Source: Schizochytrium sp. TIO01
Taxonomy: Eukaryota > Protista > Bigyra: Labyrinthulomycetes
NCBI GenBank assembly: GCA_004764695.1
Contig: SMSO01000006.1
Location: 573,859-637,858, forward strand
Reading direction: 5' to 3'
Length of the DNA stretch: 64,000 bases
Positions 45,075 through 56,669 of the stretch are shown here, piece by piece. Under the pieces are notes generated by a model that saw nothing but the letters and a program-made list of their open reading frames with translations, was not told where the DNA came from and did no database searches. The position numbers and the translations under genes were made by a program. Position 1 is the stretch's first letter. Every line of letters starts with the position of its first letter.

Positions 45075-47206
45075 TTCGCCACTTATGCTTTGTTCTAAAC
45101 CCTGCACCCCAGTCACAGGCTCGCCTGTGCAATTCTAGTTTGCAGCAACTCGTACCAACCCACCAACTTTCTATATTACTTGTTTCTATTAATTGTCAGC
45201 TTCCACGACCTTTTCGACAAGCCCTTTGTATAGAGGTCTCCCAATTGTGCCTCGGTTTTCTGGACTTACGTAGGCCAATTCTACGCATCATTGTTTTCAT
45301 ATTCATATATACGTTTCATTTACTTCATTTACATCCAACCCAAATATATTATGAATTAAAGTACTATCTTTCATCAAAGTAAAGCTATCATATCTGAAAC
45401 ATCTATCAGGCAAGTCCTGGCGCTGCAGTGCATGCACCTACCCATATGTTGTGAACGCTGGGACTCCATCTCTTTCCCGCTTGCTTCATATTTGATCACA
45501 TAGCAGCTACTAAATTAAAACGCAGTCCTGCGAATTCTTTGCGCAGGGATGTCTAATAAAATAAAGAAAAGAAAGACCATGTTCGCAAATAGCATGAAAT
45601 CTTCGATACCTGGGTCCACTATCCCATGTGGACCAATAACATTAAAGCAAAGGTGAATAACAAGAAAAAGAGGAAATCTGCATTCCTTTCCTTACTTCTG
45701 TATTTAATATTATCATGGAGCCGTTGTGCGCAGCGATGCGACCGTTACCTTTTGCTTCCTAGTTGCAATTTTCTCCCTAATGTCGATTATTTGTGGACAA
45801 AAATAATACAAGAACTTGCTCATTGTTGGCTTGAAACAATAACGTCTCGTGTTGCAATTGCACATGGTGAGTGATGTGTTGTGGCTGCTTATTCATATGA
45901 TTACCTGACTATGATCAGAGTGAACATGAGTAAGGGTTTAGATGAGCGAATGAGAGACTAAATAAGGGGACTGGCGAATATCTGAAAAATGATGCTTTAT
46001 CGCAGTTTTCCTTAATTGCTGTGATGGTGATGGACCACTCTCACTATATGAAATCATAATCCCTTATTATACTAGTATTATTTGGTAAAGAGCAACTCTG
46101 AGACATAAACTGGGCCTTTTGTCATATTACTGAGGTTCGTCACGCTAGTTATGTTCTTTAGGAATATGCTTTTGCTCAGGGCCTTTCGCTTCAGTAGGCG
46201 ACCGCAAACGAGGCGCTATGAAGCAGCTACTATAAGTTTACTCATTTGTAAACGCTCGGCCCTAGCCTGGCAGTTTTTGCGGCTCTAGCCGAGCACGGGA
46301 CTCGCTCAAGTTAATGAGAAATAAACTATTTTTTTTTGTGGAAAAGCAAACAAACAAACAGAAAAAACAGAATTTCAAGAATAAAGAAACAAACGAAAAT
46401 AAACGATATCAAAGGACAAGCTGTGCCATCTGTACTTCTAGAAGTATATACCGAAGCTAGAGTTTATGTTGAGTTTTTTTCGAAGTTGCGGTCTTCTTCT
46501 GAAAACAACATCAAGTTCATAAGTGGGAAGGAAAACACCCTTAGAAAGAAGAGACAACGAAAGACCCTGAGAAGAAAAAGGACAGAAAGAACTAAAACAT
46601 TTTATTTAATTTTAAAAGACCAAGGACTCCTAGCGATAATTGCAGTGTCCCTTATGTACGGGAATAATAATAAATGAATAAAAGAAGAATAAAGCAAAGG
46701 CAAAACGAGGCTTGCAAAACAGCTGCCGAGAAGCCGCTGTCCGGCAATCGAGAGCGTGTTGCGACACTCCAAACCTGTTCGTGGCTTGTACAAAGTATCC
46801 AGCAGAGATCCCTGGACTCTCTCGTCGCTGCTGCTGCTGCCGCTCTCACCCTGGGCAGGCTGATTGAGCGGAACGCTGGAAGCCAAGGCGGACCACGACG
46901 ACATCTTCGGCGCTGATCAAAGCGACTTTATCACAAACTCAAAAGAGCAAACAAGGCGCAGATAATCAATAAGTAGTCCGTTTTGGACAACCTAATCAAT
47001 CGTCTTCCACTGGGGCTTCTGAGAAAACATTCTTTATTTCGTCATCATCAATATTTCCAAATTAGACGTTGTAGGTATCGTGGGGAAGCAAGTCTCGGTG
47101 ATTTCGTGAACGGCCTAGAGGAGAGGGCTATCTGCGTGAAAGATAGCCTATTGCTGGACAAATTTTGATATCATTTACCTTTGTGTAGCTGTAGGGGAAG
47201 AGAACC

Positions 47207-49624
47207 ATGTCAAAGATGCGAAGGTCTTTTCGTGTAAACCCACAAGAAGTAGAGGCTGAGACTAAATACGTGCTTGACGCATGCTTGAATCGCATCCACA
47301 TTTCGAACTCGACGCCAGCGTCTGAGCTTCTGGCGCCACAAGTACCGGTGACTGAGCTGTCGAACTTCTTGCAAACTTTAAGAGAACAGTACTATGATGC
47401 AACCGAATCCTCGGAGCCAGAGGGTAAACACAATATGGATGATATGGCAAAGATGCGTGGTCTACCTAGCAACATCAAGCAAGCCTACGCTGCAGGGGTG
47501 CTTTGGTTGCACCTTCGCCGTAGGGCAATACCTCTCATCCCTTACGAGATGTTCGCACGTATGACCACTCTGGCGCTTGAGCTCGAGCCTTTAGACGATA
47601 TCGAAGACGCCTACACAGATGCATACGCAAACGCTGTTGATGATGCTCTTTTACTCGATGACTTGCGTAAACTCATTCTTCTCTCGCCTGTGGAAAACCG
47701 TCGGAACATCTTTCTTGTCTTGCAGTACATCCATAATACTAGGCGCGCCACGCCTCAACTCAACTCTTTGGAGGCAATTGCTTCCGTAGGCCCTATTCTT
47801 GGTAAACCTAAAGACACTACATTCATGTCAATCCGCCACCGTCGCGAACTTGGCCTAGCTCGTCTCATTATGAGCGCATTATTGGATAATCTTGCTGAGC
47901 TCGAAGATGTTTGGATGTCAAGCGAGCCACCCACGAAGATTAAAGCTGGTACAAAATATGCGGGCGATCAATCGAGGGTCCGTGCTGCAAGTTGTTCAAG
48001 TACGCTATCTCCATCAGTCACAAGCAGCAGCAATAGTAGTGGACGACCTCGTATGGGTAGCATTAGCAAGTCTCTCGAGTCAGTAGCCGAGATTACAACA
48101 AAGGAAACTCCTCGCAAGTCACTTAGTATCGTGACCGTTGATGACAAAATCTTTTCTACGCCAGAGCAGCCTGACTTTGCAAATATTGCACGAGATGAAA
48201 ACATCCACCCTGCCATGGATGTGACAACTAAGATTGTAAATGATTCTGTGCACCGCGTGTGCCTTGGTGACATCTCGTGGCTACGTTTTGCAAAGGTGTC
48301 AGCAGCCTCAGTGGCTAGCCCAGTGCCTCTGGCCTCTAAACCAGGTTCGCTCAGATCGCCAATGTCCAACAGCGATACTCGATGGCGCACTGCGATGGAA
48401 ACTCTCGACTTGAATAGCAACGGTGGTATGCCTATATGCAACAATCAGCAGAAAAGTTTTCGCAGAGACCATCTAATGACCAGTAACCAAGATAGCCGCG
48501 ATAGCAGCAACGCGACGCGGTGCGTCAAGGGAACGCAGCACCCCTGCGGCGCAAATGGTGGATCATCTTCCGACACTGATGAGTGCGATCGAGCAGAGGA
48601 TTCTGCAATGCAACAAGAGCAAAAGCAGCAAAGACAAAAGTCAAGACAGTCGGATTCGGGATTGGACATGCCTGCGCGTCTCCCTGAGCCCCGTGTCAAT
48701 CGGTCAGCATCCGAGGGGCAGATTCAGACGCAGCAAAACGTGAAGAATGCAAGCCGCAAGCTGGTGGAAGGTCGCTTGGAGCGAGCCTTCGAAAAAGCAC
48801 ATAAGACATCGTCGTCATCCACGGCAGGTGCGAACTCGTCGGCGTTACGAATGTCCCCCGAAAAGGTTGCTGCGGCTGCTTCAGCAATCACATCTGGTCC
48901 GGAAACATCACCATCTCCCGAACAAGGAAGTGGAAATCAAAATCAAGCCAGTGGCGATAAAAATAATGGACCTGGAAACGATAACAACAACGATTCTTCT
49001 TCCGTGGACTCGCAGAGAAGCAGCCATACATTTAACAGTGACAACAGGTGTGGTACCTCCGATGAAGAAAGAGAAACTGTAACTACTGATACTCTCCGGG
49101 TTCGCCTTGAAACTGATAAACGTGCTCTGAAGACACGTTTAAAAAAGTTCGACGAAGAGTTTGCACAGGTTCATGGGCGTAAACCTTCACGGCTAGAAAA
49201 GGAGCCCATTCGCCACTTGTATGAAGAGTACAACATGTTAAAGAGGCGCATCTCAGAGCTAGCTGCATCTTCCACTATAGAATCAGTAAACAGCAGCGTA
49301 CAACAGAGTCGCTCTGGTTCGGATAACTCTATGGATGCAAGTGGGTCTTCACGTAGTTTTCAAGGGAAGACTCAGCGCGCCGCCTCTCTCCAAGCTCTTT
49401 CAATAGAGAAACGTAATTTACAAGCGCAGCTCCGCGAGTTTGAGCGAAGATTCGAACAGGATAACAATCGCAGAATTCGTTGTGCTGCTGATATTACAGG
49501 CTTAGAGCGAGAGTATCGTCGTTATAAGGAGTTGAAGGAAATCTTGTCTCAGTATGGTCACGAGACTTCTTCACCCTCATCTTCGCGTTCTCCGCGTTTA
49601 GCCACAGAGATTACTCATAACTAA
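47207..49624 (+). CDS. FAM13-like protein: divergent RhoGAP-like domain plus duplicated C-terminal helical repeat
   Basis: PLIPYEMF, SPVENRRNIFLVLQYI and VGPIL are RhoGAP-like. DKRALKTRLKKFDEEF..HGRKP..EKEPIRHLYEEYNMLK and EKRNLQAQLREFERRF..REYRRYKELK match the FAM13 C-terminal repeats. Confidence 0.8.
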   Translation: MSKMRRSFRVNPQEVEAETKYVLDACLNRIHISNSTPASELLAPQVPVTELSNFLQTLREQYYDATESSEPEGKHNMDDMAKMRGLPSNIKQAYAAGVLWLHLRRRAIPLIPYEMFARMTTLALELEPLDDIEDAYTDAYANAVDDALLLDDLRKLILLSPVENRRNIFLVLQYIHNTRRATPQLNSLEAIASVGPILGKPKDTTFMSIRHRRELGLARLIMSALLDNLAELEDVWMSSEPPTKIKAGTKYAGDQSRVRAASCSSTLSPSVTSSSNSSGRPRMGSISKSLESVAEITTKETPRKSLSIVTVDDKIFSTPEQPDFANIARDENIHPAMDVTTKIVNDSVHRVCLGDISWLRFAKVSAASVASPVPLASKPGSLRSPMSNSDTRWRTAMETLDLNSNGGMPICNNQQKSFRRDHLMTSNQDSRDSSNATRCVKGTQHPCGANGGSSSDTDECDRAEDSAMQQEQKQQRQKSRQSDSGLDMPARLPEPRVNRSASEGQIQTQQNVKNASRKLVEGRLERAFEKAHKTSSSSTAGANSSALRMSPEKVAAAASAITSGPETSPSPEQGSGNQNQASGDKNNGPGNDNNNDSSSVDSQRSSHTFNSDNRCGTSDEERETVTTDTLRVRLETDKRALKTRLKKFDEEFAQVHGRKPSRLEKEPIRHLYEEYNMLKRRISELAASSTIESVNSSVQQSRSGSDNSMDASGSSRSFQGKTQRAASLQALSIEKRNLQAQLREFERRFEQDNNRRIRCAADITGLEREYRRYKELKEILSQYGHETSSPSSSRSPRLATEITHN

Positions 49625-51320
49625 AATAATAGCAACATTATTCATAATTTACCATTGGCTTTCTTTTCCTGTTCGTCAGGTTGTTGCATTTGTTCAAGAT
49701 GAACATTGAGTACTTCCTACATCCACTGTGCGCTGTTCAAGTTTGTTAGACCTATCTGCATAGTAGGTAGTAGTACTAGTACCTGTTTCTTCGTTTTTCT
49801 TTCAGAATCGAAAATGTAGGCCTAGATGTAGAAAGAATCCATCAAACTTATCTGACTGAGTAAGATCCAAAAAGTCGTGCGAATTACCTAATCCAACTGA
49901 GGATTCTGCAAGCCATTCTACCAGGTACTAGAAGATCATTTTAAAGCAAAAACACGGGCTCTTCTATCTAGTCCTAACTAGCATCAGTCGATTTCGACTT
50001 TTATTGAATCAGGTTAGCTTAGACCGAACCTCAAACATAGTTGAGACTACATTTCGCTGATTCAACTTATTCAGTCATGCATCCTGAACGACTTTGTGCC
50101 ACTGAGTTGCCTCGTAAATGCAGATACTTCTCAGCCTGTTTCTGCACAAATTTCTACAAAGGTAATACCATTTCTAAGTTGTAGCAATGCTTGAAGATTT
50201 CCGCGATCGTTGCTTCTTGGTTGTTGTTGCTGTTTGTTGTTGTTGTTGTTGTCTGAGCAGAACTTTGTGGCCTTGTTTTACCTCAGGGAAGCACAATCAC
50301 TAAAACACACCACCATTTCCCGGCTCAAGTTAGTTCCTGCAACTTGCTTCGTACCCTGCTACCTAAAGCTAGCCGTCTAATACCTGCCTATCAGCATCTA
50401 GTCGCCCTCTACCTCCTTATCATACCAGCAGGACCTCCTAAAGAAGCACAAGCACGTCCTTCGTGCGAGCAGCTCGCTCGCCATAGTAAGTTCACATAAA
50501 TCCACTGTGCGTGGGGCGAAACACGTGTGCTTCGACTCCACACGGCCCCGTTCTCTAGCTAGAGTCACGACCAGCCTTATCTGTATTCTGTTTCCAGCTC
50601 CGCCATCCGCCACGAGTTGAAGCTGCATTGCATTTCTCCAATCTCGTAGAGCCAGCCCCTCGCGAGGCCATTCATTCCTACATTCATTCATACATTCATT
50701 GCAACCGCCAATCACAACAACAACTTAGAGTGAGTTAAAAACACAGCACAACCAACAGAAGAAAGAAACTCACATCACAGCACAAGTGCCTTCAGCACTT
50801 TACGTTCGCCTTCTTCGAGGCGCCCAGAGCAGCGCCGTCAAGCTCCAGAGATACATACATACATCAGGAACGCACTAAGTCCAACTCTGGTCGGCCTCGA
50901 TCGCTTTCTGCTCATCGATTCTCCACGGTTATTCGATACCGTCGCCGCACTTTCGTATTGCAAGCGATCTCTCTTTATCTTTTGTCTCGGCACACACCAT
51001 TTATTTCCATTTATTTCCATTTATTTCCATTTCTACCCTCCATCTTTCACCTCTTTCGATGAGCGCCGAATTCGCATCGAAAGCAGCTTCTGCTCCAAAG
51101 AAAGGCGTGCGATTCGCAGTGCCGTGCGCAGTCCGCATCAGCGTCGACGACGAAACGATCGACGACCTGCGCAGCTCCACGCGCGTCTGCTCGAAGCGGC
51201 GGCATCTTCAAGATGGGCCACCTGCATCTCTGTCTTCGTCTTCACGGTTCTACTGGGTACCATCCCATCGTCCGCTGCAAGAACTCGTGAAGACAGGTTC
51301 CTTTTCATGTATGCATGTAC

Positions 51321-51410
51321 GAATGAATGAATGAATGAATGAATGAATGAGGTTATGATTGAGTTTATGATTGAGTTTATGATTGAGTTTATGATTGAGT
51401 TTATGATTGA
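51321..51410. repeat. (GAAT)7 followed by 12-bp repeat (TTATGATTGAGT)x~5
   Basis: Direct reading. Confidence 0.95.
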
Positions 51411-51639
51411 ATGTTTATATTTATCCATGCAGTACAGAAAGCTGATTTGGACATCGCTGCCTGTTCCCGAAACGCGGCTCTCACTTCAAGTTAGTGATTG
51501 CAGATTGGCCGTTTGGTCATTCGCGAGTGCAAAAGACCATGCCACGCTTCCGCCTCTTGTGCTCGCGAGAAAGGCCGTCTTGAGACGTCCACGCGAAGGC
51601 GGAGTAGTCAAGATCGCGAAGATCATCCATCCACGGGTT

Positions 51640-51697
51640 CTTTGTTTGTTTGTTTGTTTGTTTGTTTGTTTGTTTGTTTGTTTGTTTGTTTGTTTGT
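51640..51697. repeat. (TTTG)n microsatellite
   Basis: About 14 copies. Confidence 0.95.
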
Positions 51698-52696
51698 TGC
51701 CAGTCGAGCGAAGCATTACACTGTTCTGAATGTTCACGCTGCCCATAGATAATATAGCGCGGAAAGAAAGAAACGAAAGAACAAGAAAGAAAGAAAGAAA
51801 GAAAAGCAAACAAGAGGAGTGAAAGTAAAGAAAATGAGAAGCTGAGAAGCTATAGAACAAACATCAGGGAGGCCGGCATAATGGATATTCGTGGCCTTCA
51901 CGGCGGCTGTTCCTGGTTTGAGAGTATGTCTTTGGTTCCATCGTTCATTTCGACGCTGAGGACGGCAAAAAAGCCAAAGAGATCCAACAGTCATTCGCAT
52001 GCAGGCAGGGAAGACAACAACAACGTTATGGTTTTTATTTTAACAAAGAATTTCAATTTTTTGATATTACAAAGAGAGAGAGAAAAGAAGAAAAAGGGTT
52101 TTCCCTGCCTTGACTTGTGGAGAAAGCAGAAATTATGGAGTATTACTACTTTGCTGCGCTGCACACGCTCACCAACGAGAGCTGCTTCAAGGAAAGCAGC
52201 ACTGGAGGCAAACAGCTCAACCTTCATTGCTATCCAAGCAAGAAACCCAAATCGATTTCTTCAACCCAAATTAGTAAGTAGTTCGAAGTTGGAAAATATG
52301 AAAAAAATGAAAATTGAGCCAGATGCCCATGCGCCAGTGCTAGCGTTTTGCATAGTGTACCCTTACCCATTGAGCACATATCAAAACAAAGCTAAGTGAA
52401 GTGAAGAGAAGAGAAGAGCAGAGCAGAGCAGAGCAGAGCAGAGCAGAGCAGCACCGCAGACCCCTTTTATCGCCTTGAAATCCTTTCAAGGCTGTTTGCT
52501 GCAGGCCTCGCGCGTCCTGCTGTTCCCATAGACTCTTTGTTTCTGTCATCTTTTGTTGTCTGTTGACTATTTTGCTGGGTTATCTTTCTGCGTTTGGCTT
52601 CGTTCGATCTGCTCGCAAACCAACTTCATTGCCTCAACCAACCTTCAGGTAACTAGATCGTCTCTATCCTACGCTCCCCTGCGCCTCGCCGGCACA

Positions 52697-54064
52697 ATGG
52701 CGTTGCGTTCCTCTGGGTCCCGCCTTTCATCTCTCTCGCTGTCTCCTCTGCTCCGTTCTCGGAATCCTTTCTCTCCTCACGACGATGCTGTTTTCATGTC
52801 GCTCATGAGGAGTCTCAATTCTCGTCACGAGCCTATTTCCATGGGCCTTCGCGCCTTGTCTATCTCGGGCGTCCGCTCCTCCATCGTTCGACGCGGAAGC
52901 CGCGACTACTCTCTCGAGCACTACGCCAAGCAGGCCATTACACCTGTCACCATCCAGCAGATGCTCTTGCTCAACAACTCTAGGCAGCGTCTGGCGTTGG
53001 CGCCAGCTCTTCAGAACGAACTTCTCATCCGCGTTGCGAAGCGCTACACAGACATGTCTGAGCTTCCTCCGAAGCTGCTCGAGACCAAGCCCGTACAACG
53101 CGTGACGATGCTCTACTACAAGTTCTTCCAGGACCTAGGCGCTATGGAGGCCCCAAACTCTGAAGAACGCGAGAAGGTCTTTAACCATCTGCTACAAGAA
53201 TTCTACATGCGTGACGCCGCGACCTTGCCCTCCATCGCCCGCGGACTTCGCGAGTTTAAGAAGGGATTCCCACCACCCTCACTCTCAACCATCAAGATGC
53301 TCGACGCACAGCTTGATGATCTCTTCACGGCACGACTTTCGGTTCGCATGCTCATTGGACAACAGTGTGGCATTGCAGGACGATCAAAGATCAAGAGAGG
53401 ACTTTGCGTTGCCGAGGTTGCTAGGGAAGCTGCTGAGAACACTCGTGCACTCTGTCTGCAGAGATTTGGTGTGTGCCCGGAGATCCAGGTCAAGGGTCAC
53501 TTGGATTTTAAGTTCACGTACGTAGAGTCACACTTGCACCACATGCTGTTTGAGCTGCTCAAGAACTCTGTCAGGGCGGTCATTGAGCAACATCAGGGAG
53601 AGGCCGGGGCTGCAAGGCGGAAGCGTCTGAGGCTCAGCTCAGAACAGGACCTAGGCCCGGATGGACTTCCCCCTGTCCTGGTCGCAATTTCGGGAGGCAA
53701 GGAGGATGTGGTCATCAAGGTTTCGGACGAGGGTGGCGGTATTCCACGCAGTGAGCTACCCAAGATTTGGAGCTACGAGTACACAACGATTCCTGATGAA
53801 GAAGTTCAAAACTCGGTTGCTGCGAACGAAGCTCCTGTAGACAGCGAGGGCTCTGAAGATATAGATGGTGATGAGGAGGAAGAAGAGCCTGTTACTTTTC
53901 GCTCAAATTTTGTCGGCATGGGCTATGGTCTCCCAATTTCGCGCGTCTTCGCTCGCTACTTTGGAGGTGACCTCAAAATCATGTCTACCGAAGGCTGGGG
54001 TACCGACGCCTACATCTACATCAACCGTCTTGAGTCCGCCGCTGTTGAAACCCTCCCGGAGTAA
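52697..54064 (+). CDS. Mitochondrial pyruvate/branched-chain alpha-ketoacid dehydrogenase kinase
   Basis: Ser/Arg/Leu-rich presequence; ELLIRVAKR, RLSVRMLIGQ, HLHHMLFELLKNSVRA (N box), SDEGGGIPR (G1), GMGYGLPISR (G2), EGWGTDAYI. First ATG is at 52697. Confidence 0.95.
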   Translation: MALRSSGSRLSSLSLSPLLRSRNPFSPHDDAVFMSLMRSLNSRHEPISMGLRALSISGVRSSIVRRGSRDYSLEHYAKQAITPVTIQQMLLLNNSRQRLALAPALQNELLIRVAKRYTDMSELPPKLLETKPVQRVTMLYYKFFQDLGAMEAPNSEEREKVFNHLLQEFYMRDAATLPSIARGLREFKKGFPPPSLSTIKMLDAQLDDLFTARLSVRMLIGQQCGIAGRSKIKRGLCVAEVAREAAENTRALCLQRFGVCPEIQVKGHLDFKFTYVESHLHHMLFELLKNSVRAVIEQHQGEAGAARRKRLRLSSEQDLGPDGLPPVLVAISGGKEDVVIKVSDEGGGIPRSELPKIWSYEYTTIPDEEVQNSVAANEAPVDSEGSEDIDGDEEEEEPVTFRSNFVGMGYGLPISRVFARYFGGDLKIMSTEGWGTDAYIYINRLESAAVETLPE

Positions 54065-55001
54065 GGCAGTCAGTTTCATAAGATAGTCTTCACAGGGCAC
54101 TTGTTTTGGCTTCCCAATGGATTTCATTGTCATTGTCACATGAAGCCAGCAGTCAGGACCGACTTTGTAGCAATAGAACCTTCCTTCTGCTCAACCATCG
54201 CCCGGCATCTCTCCTTTTATCATTTCTTCATTATTCCCCTCTTCCACTCGCACCTTAATCTTTCATTCATTGGCTCATTTACTTCCACAGAGGTGCATTT
54301 ATGACGTGTAACACATCCTCGTACTTTTTATACATACTAACTTACTTACATATAACACACTCACTAATCTATTTTTGATATTCACATTGCTCAGCTCTTT
54401 TGCACAATATCTCCAAATTTGTATTTCCCAAGCCCCGGTAGATGTGAGAACATGAAGCTATGATCGTAGATTTCCAATCACAAGAAGACCAGAGTCTATT
54501 GCTGGAGTTCCTACGTTGTCTAAACTTTACTATTTGCTATTTTGTGACTGGTCACTATCATAGCTCGTGTGAGAAATTTTAGATGTACAACCAGGTTTCA
54601 CTACAGGAAGAGAAACCTATATGCTTTGTATCTATAAGATCGTGAGCTCACTAGCTAGAAAACAACGATGGAAAAGGGAGTCTCTCTTCAACGGCTGAAA
54701 GGTGTAATACTATGCATGGATAGCAGTTGATTACTGACCTCTAGGACTACAATAACAAAGCGAAGTAAAATGGTAAGCGATAATCCCCAAATCCCAAGTT
54801 TTGCATCAGCCCTTCGATATCAGTGCACTACAAACCCAATTGGCACTTTAGCCAGCCATCGAGCTTGTGTACATCGTCCCCAGCATAGGGCATTCTATAC
54901 CAGACAAAGGACTCAGAAGTTCTCGGCCTGGTTGGAGACTCCAAACTTCTGCCTCGGCAGTGATCGGCAAAACGCTCACTGTGCTAAAAACAATAAAGAA
55001 C

Positions 55002-56669
55002 ATGAGCAACACAAGAAGCCAGGCCCAGCCGGCCAAGCGGGACAGAAGGGAGGTCCTTGGTGAGCTAGAGCATACTCTGGGTGAACTGCAGGCCAAGATG
55101 CGTGAGCTTGAGATCCTTGATGCGTACGAAGCTCAACATACGAATTCCTGTAAAAATACTAGTAAAACTGCCTCATCAGCGAGAAAGGCAACACAAAGCA
55201 CAACATCAACACGTACAAACATACAGAGAATATCACCTCACCGTGGAGATACACGTAAACGACCAACGCAAATTAAGACAACTTTCAATGGAAAGGGCCA
55301 CCACAAACTTGAATTCGATCCTCTTAGCAGCCAACCACATTGTTCACCGGTTTCATGTGTTAGTGCTTCAAAAAAACCAACTCTTGTTGCATTTCCAGAG
55401 TCTGCTTTACAAGGTAGCTCAAGCCACCTAAGATCAGGCGTGCAAATCGATGGCCCAAAGAAGCTTAAAACCGACGCAACCCGCGATATCGTCATGAAAT
55501 CCCGGCGGGATGTTATTGGCGCTAAGAACCTTCTACACTGTGGTGGTGTTGTCGCAGCTACCTGCCGAACGGGCTTGGTTTTAGTCTCCGTTGCCTCGTC
55601 AGGACAAGCTAAAGGGGGTGATGTTGTACCCTTGGTGGAAACTGCTGGTCATTTACGCGATCTCGCAGGCCTATGCTCTGCAATTATTGTGGGCCAAGAG
55701 ACTCATCTTACGACCGCGCGATTCTTTGTGAGCGATCTCCGCACGCACTCTATTCGCCATATTGAGCTTGGGGACCATGGTGTTCACGATGTTGAACTTG
55801 CTGGCTCTGGGAAGCGCGGATTTCGAGACGGTGCTCTGAGTACTGCTCAGTTTAACAAACCTGCGTCGCTTGTCCTTAGTTCCCCAGGAAAAATTCTGGT
55901 CGCTGATGAAGGCAACCATGCTATTCGGCTAGTTGATACTCATTCTGGTGTAGTAACAACATTAGTTGGAGGTCATCGAGAGCCGGCGACTGGACGTATG
56001 GAGGCTGGTCATCGTGACGGCGAGCTTCGATCAGCACTATTAGACTCGCCTTGCGAACTCGCTAGTCGTCCCGGTTCTCACGACTTTTTTATCCTTGAGC
56101 GCAACACCGGACGTATAAGACGTGTCTGCCTAGCATCGCAGCGCGTATGTACTCTTTGTAATGGACTCGAGCAACCACGCGCCATGGCATACCATGCACC
56201 AACGCAGAGTCTACTGATTGCAGATCGCCGTGGTCTTATGCAGGTTCCTCTGCATGGCAAGCCGCATATCGTGTGCGAGGGCTTATTAGCCACGGCTCTC
56301 GCATGCGCAGGCCGCAATTTCTTGCATTGTTCAACTCCTCAAAGTGTGTTCACGTTACGTTTAAGCGTAAAGGATTTGTCATCTGTACCGCAGAGTGCGT
56401 CATCTATCTCAGTTAAGTCAAAATCGTCATGTGCAGAGCCAATGATGTTCTCACCCTCGTCTGGAAAAGAAAATTACAATAATGAACGTGCGAAAACTCC
56501 TCCTTTGGCAAGAAAGCCTTCCACAACGCCCGGGCAACAGCGGCGTAGTAACTTATCACCTGTGCACATGCCTGCAAGCTCTCGTCCACGTGGAGCTGCC
56601 TCGGCTTCAGCAGTGCGTGCCCATCACCCATATTACGCACCATCTACCACATCTCTAAATATGCGTTAA
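55002..56669 (+). CDS. NHL-repeat (beta-propeller) protein with N-terminal coiled coil
   Basis: LAGSGKRGFRDG..AQFNKPASL..LVADEGNHAIR..VTTLVG and GHRDG..ALLDSP repeats. First ATG is at 55002. Confidence 0.85.
   Translation: MSNTRSQAQPAKRDRREVLGELEHTLGELQAKMRELEILDAYEAQHTNSCKNTSKTASSARKATQSTTSTRTNIQRISPHRGDTRKRPTQIKTTFNGKGHHKLEFDPLSSQPHCSPVSCVSASKKPTLVAFPESALQGSSSHLRSGVQIDGPKKLKTDATRDIVMKSRRDVIGAKNLLHCGGVVAATCRTGLVLVSVASSGQAKGGDVVPLVETAGHLRDLAGLCSAIIVGQETHLTTARFFVSDLRTHSIRHIELGDHGVHDVELAGSGKRGFRDGALSTAQFNKPASLVLSSPGKILVADEGNHAIRLVDTHSGVVTTLVGGHREPATGRMEAGHRDGELRSALLDSPCELASRPGSHDFFILERNTGRIRRVCLASQRVCTLCNGLEQPRAMAYHAPTQSLLIADRRGLMQVPLHGKPHIVCEGLLATALACAGRNFLHCSTPQSVFTLRLSVKDLSSVPQSASSISVKSKSSCAEPMMFSPSSGKENYNNERAKTPPLARKPSTTPGQQRRSNLSPVHMPASSRPRGAASASAVRAHHPYYAPSTTSLNMR

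Noticed and set aside
52553-52696. N-terminal extensions from TTG/GTG starts in the ORF track (also 4017, 4617, 37058, 39503, 45116, 54867)
   Set aside because: Eukaryotic genes; downstream in-frame ATGs give sensible N-termini, most in good context such as ACAATG or ACCATG.
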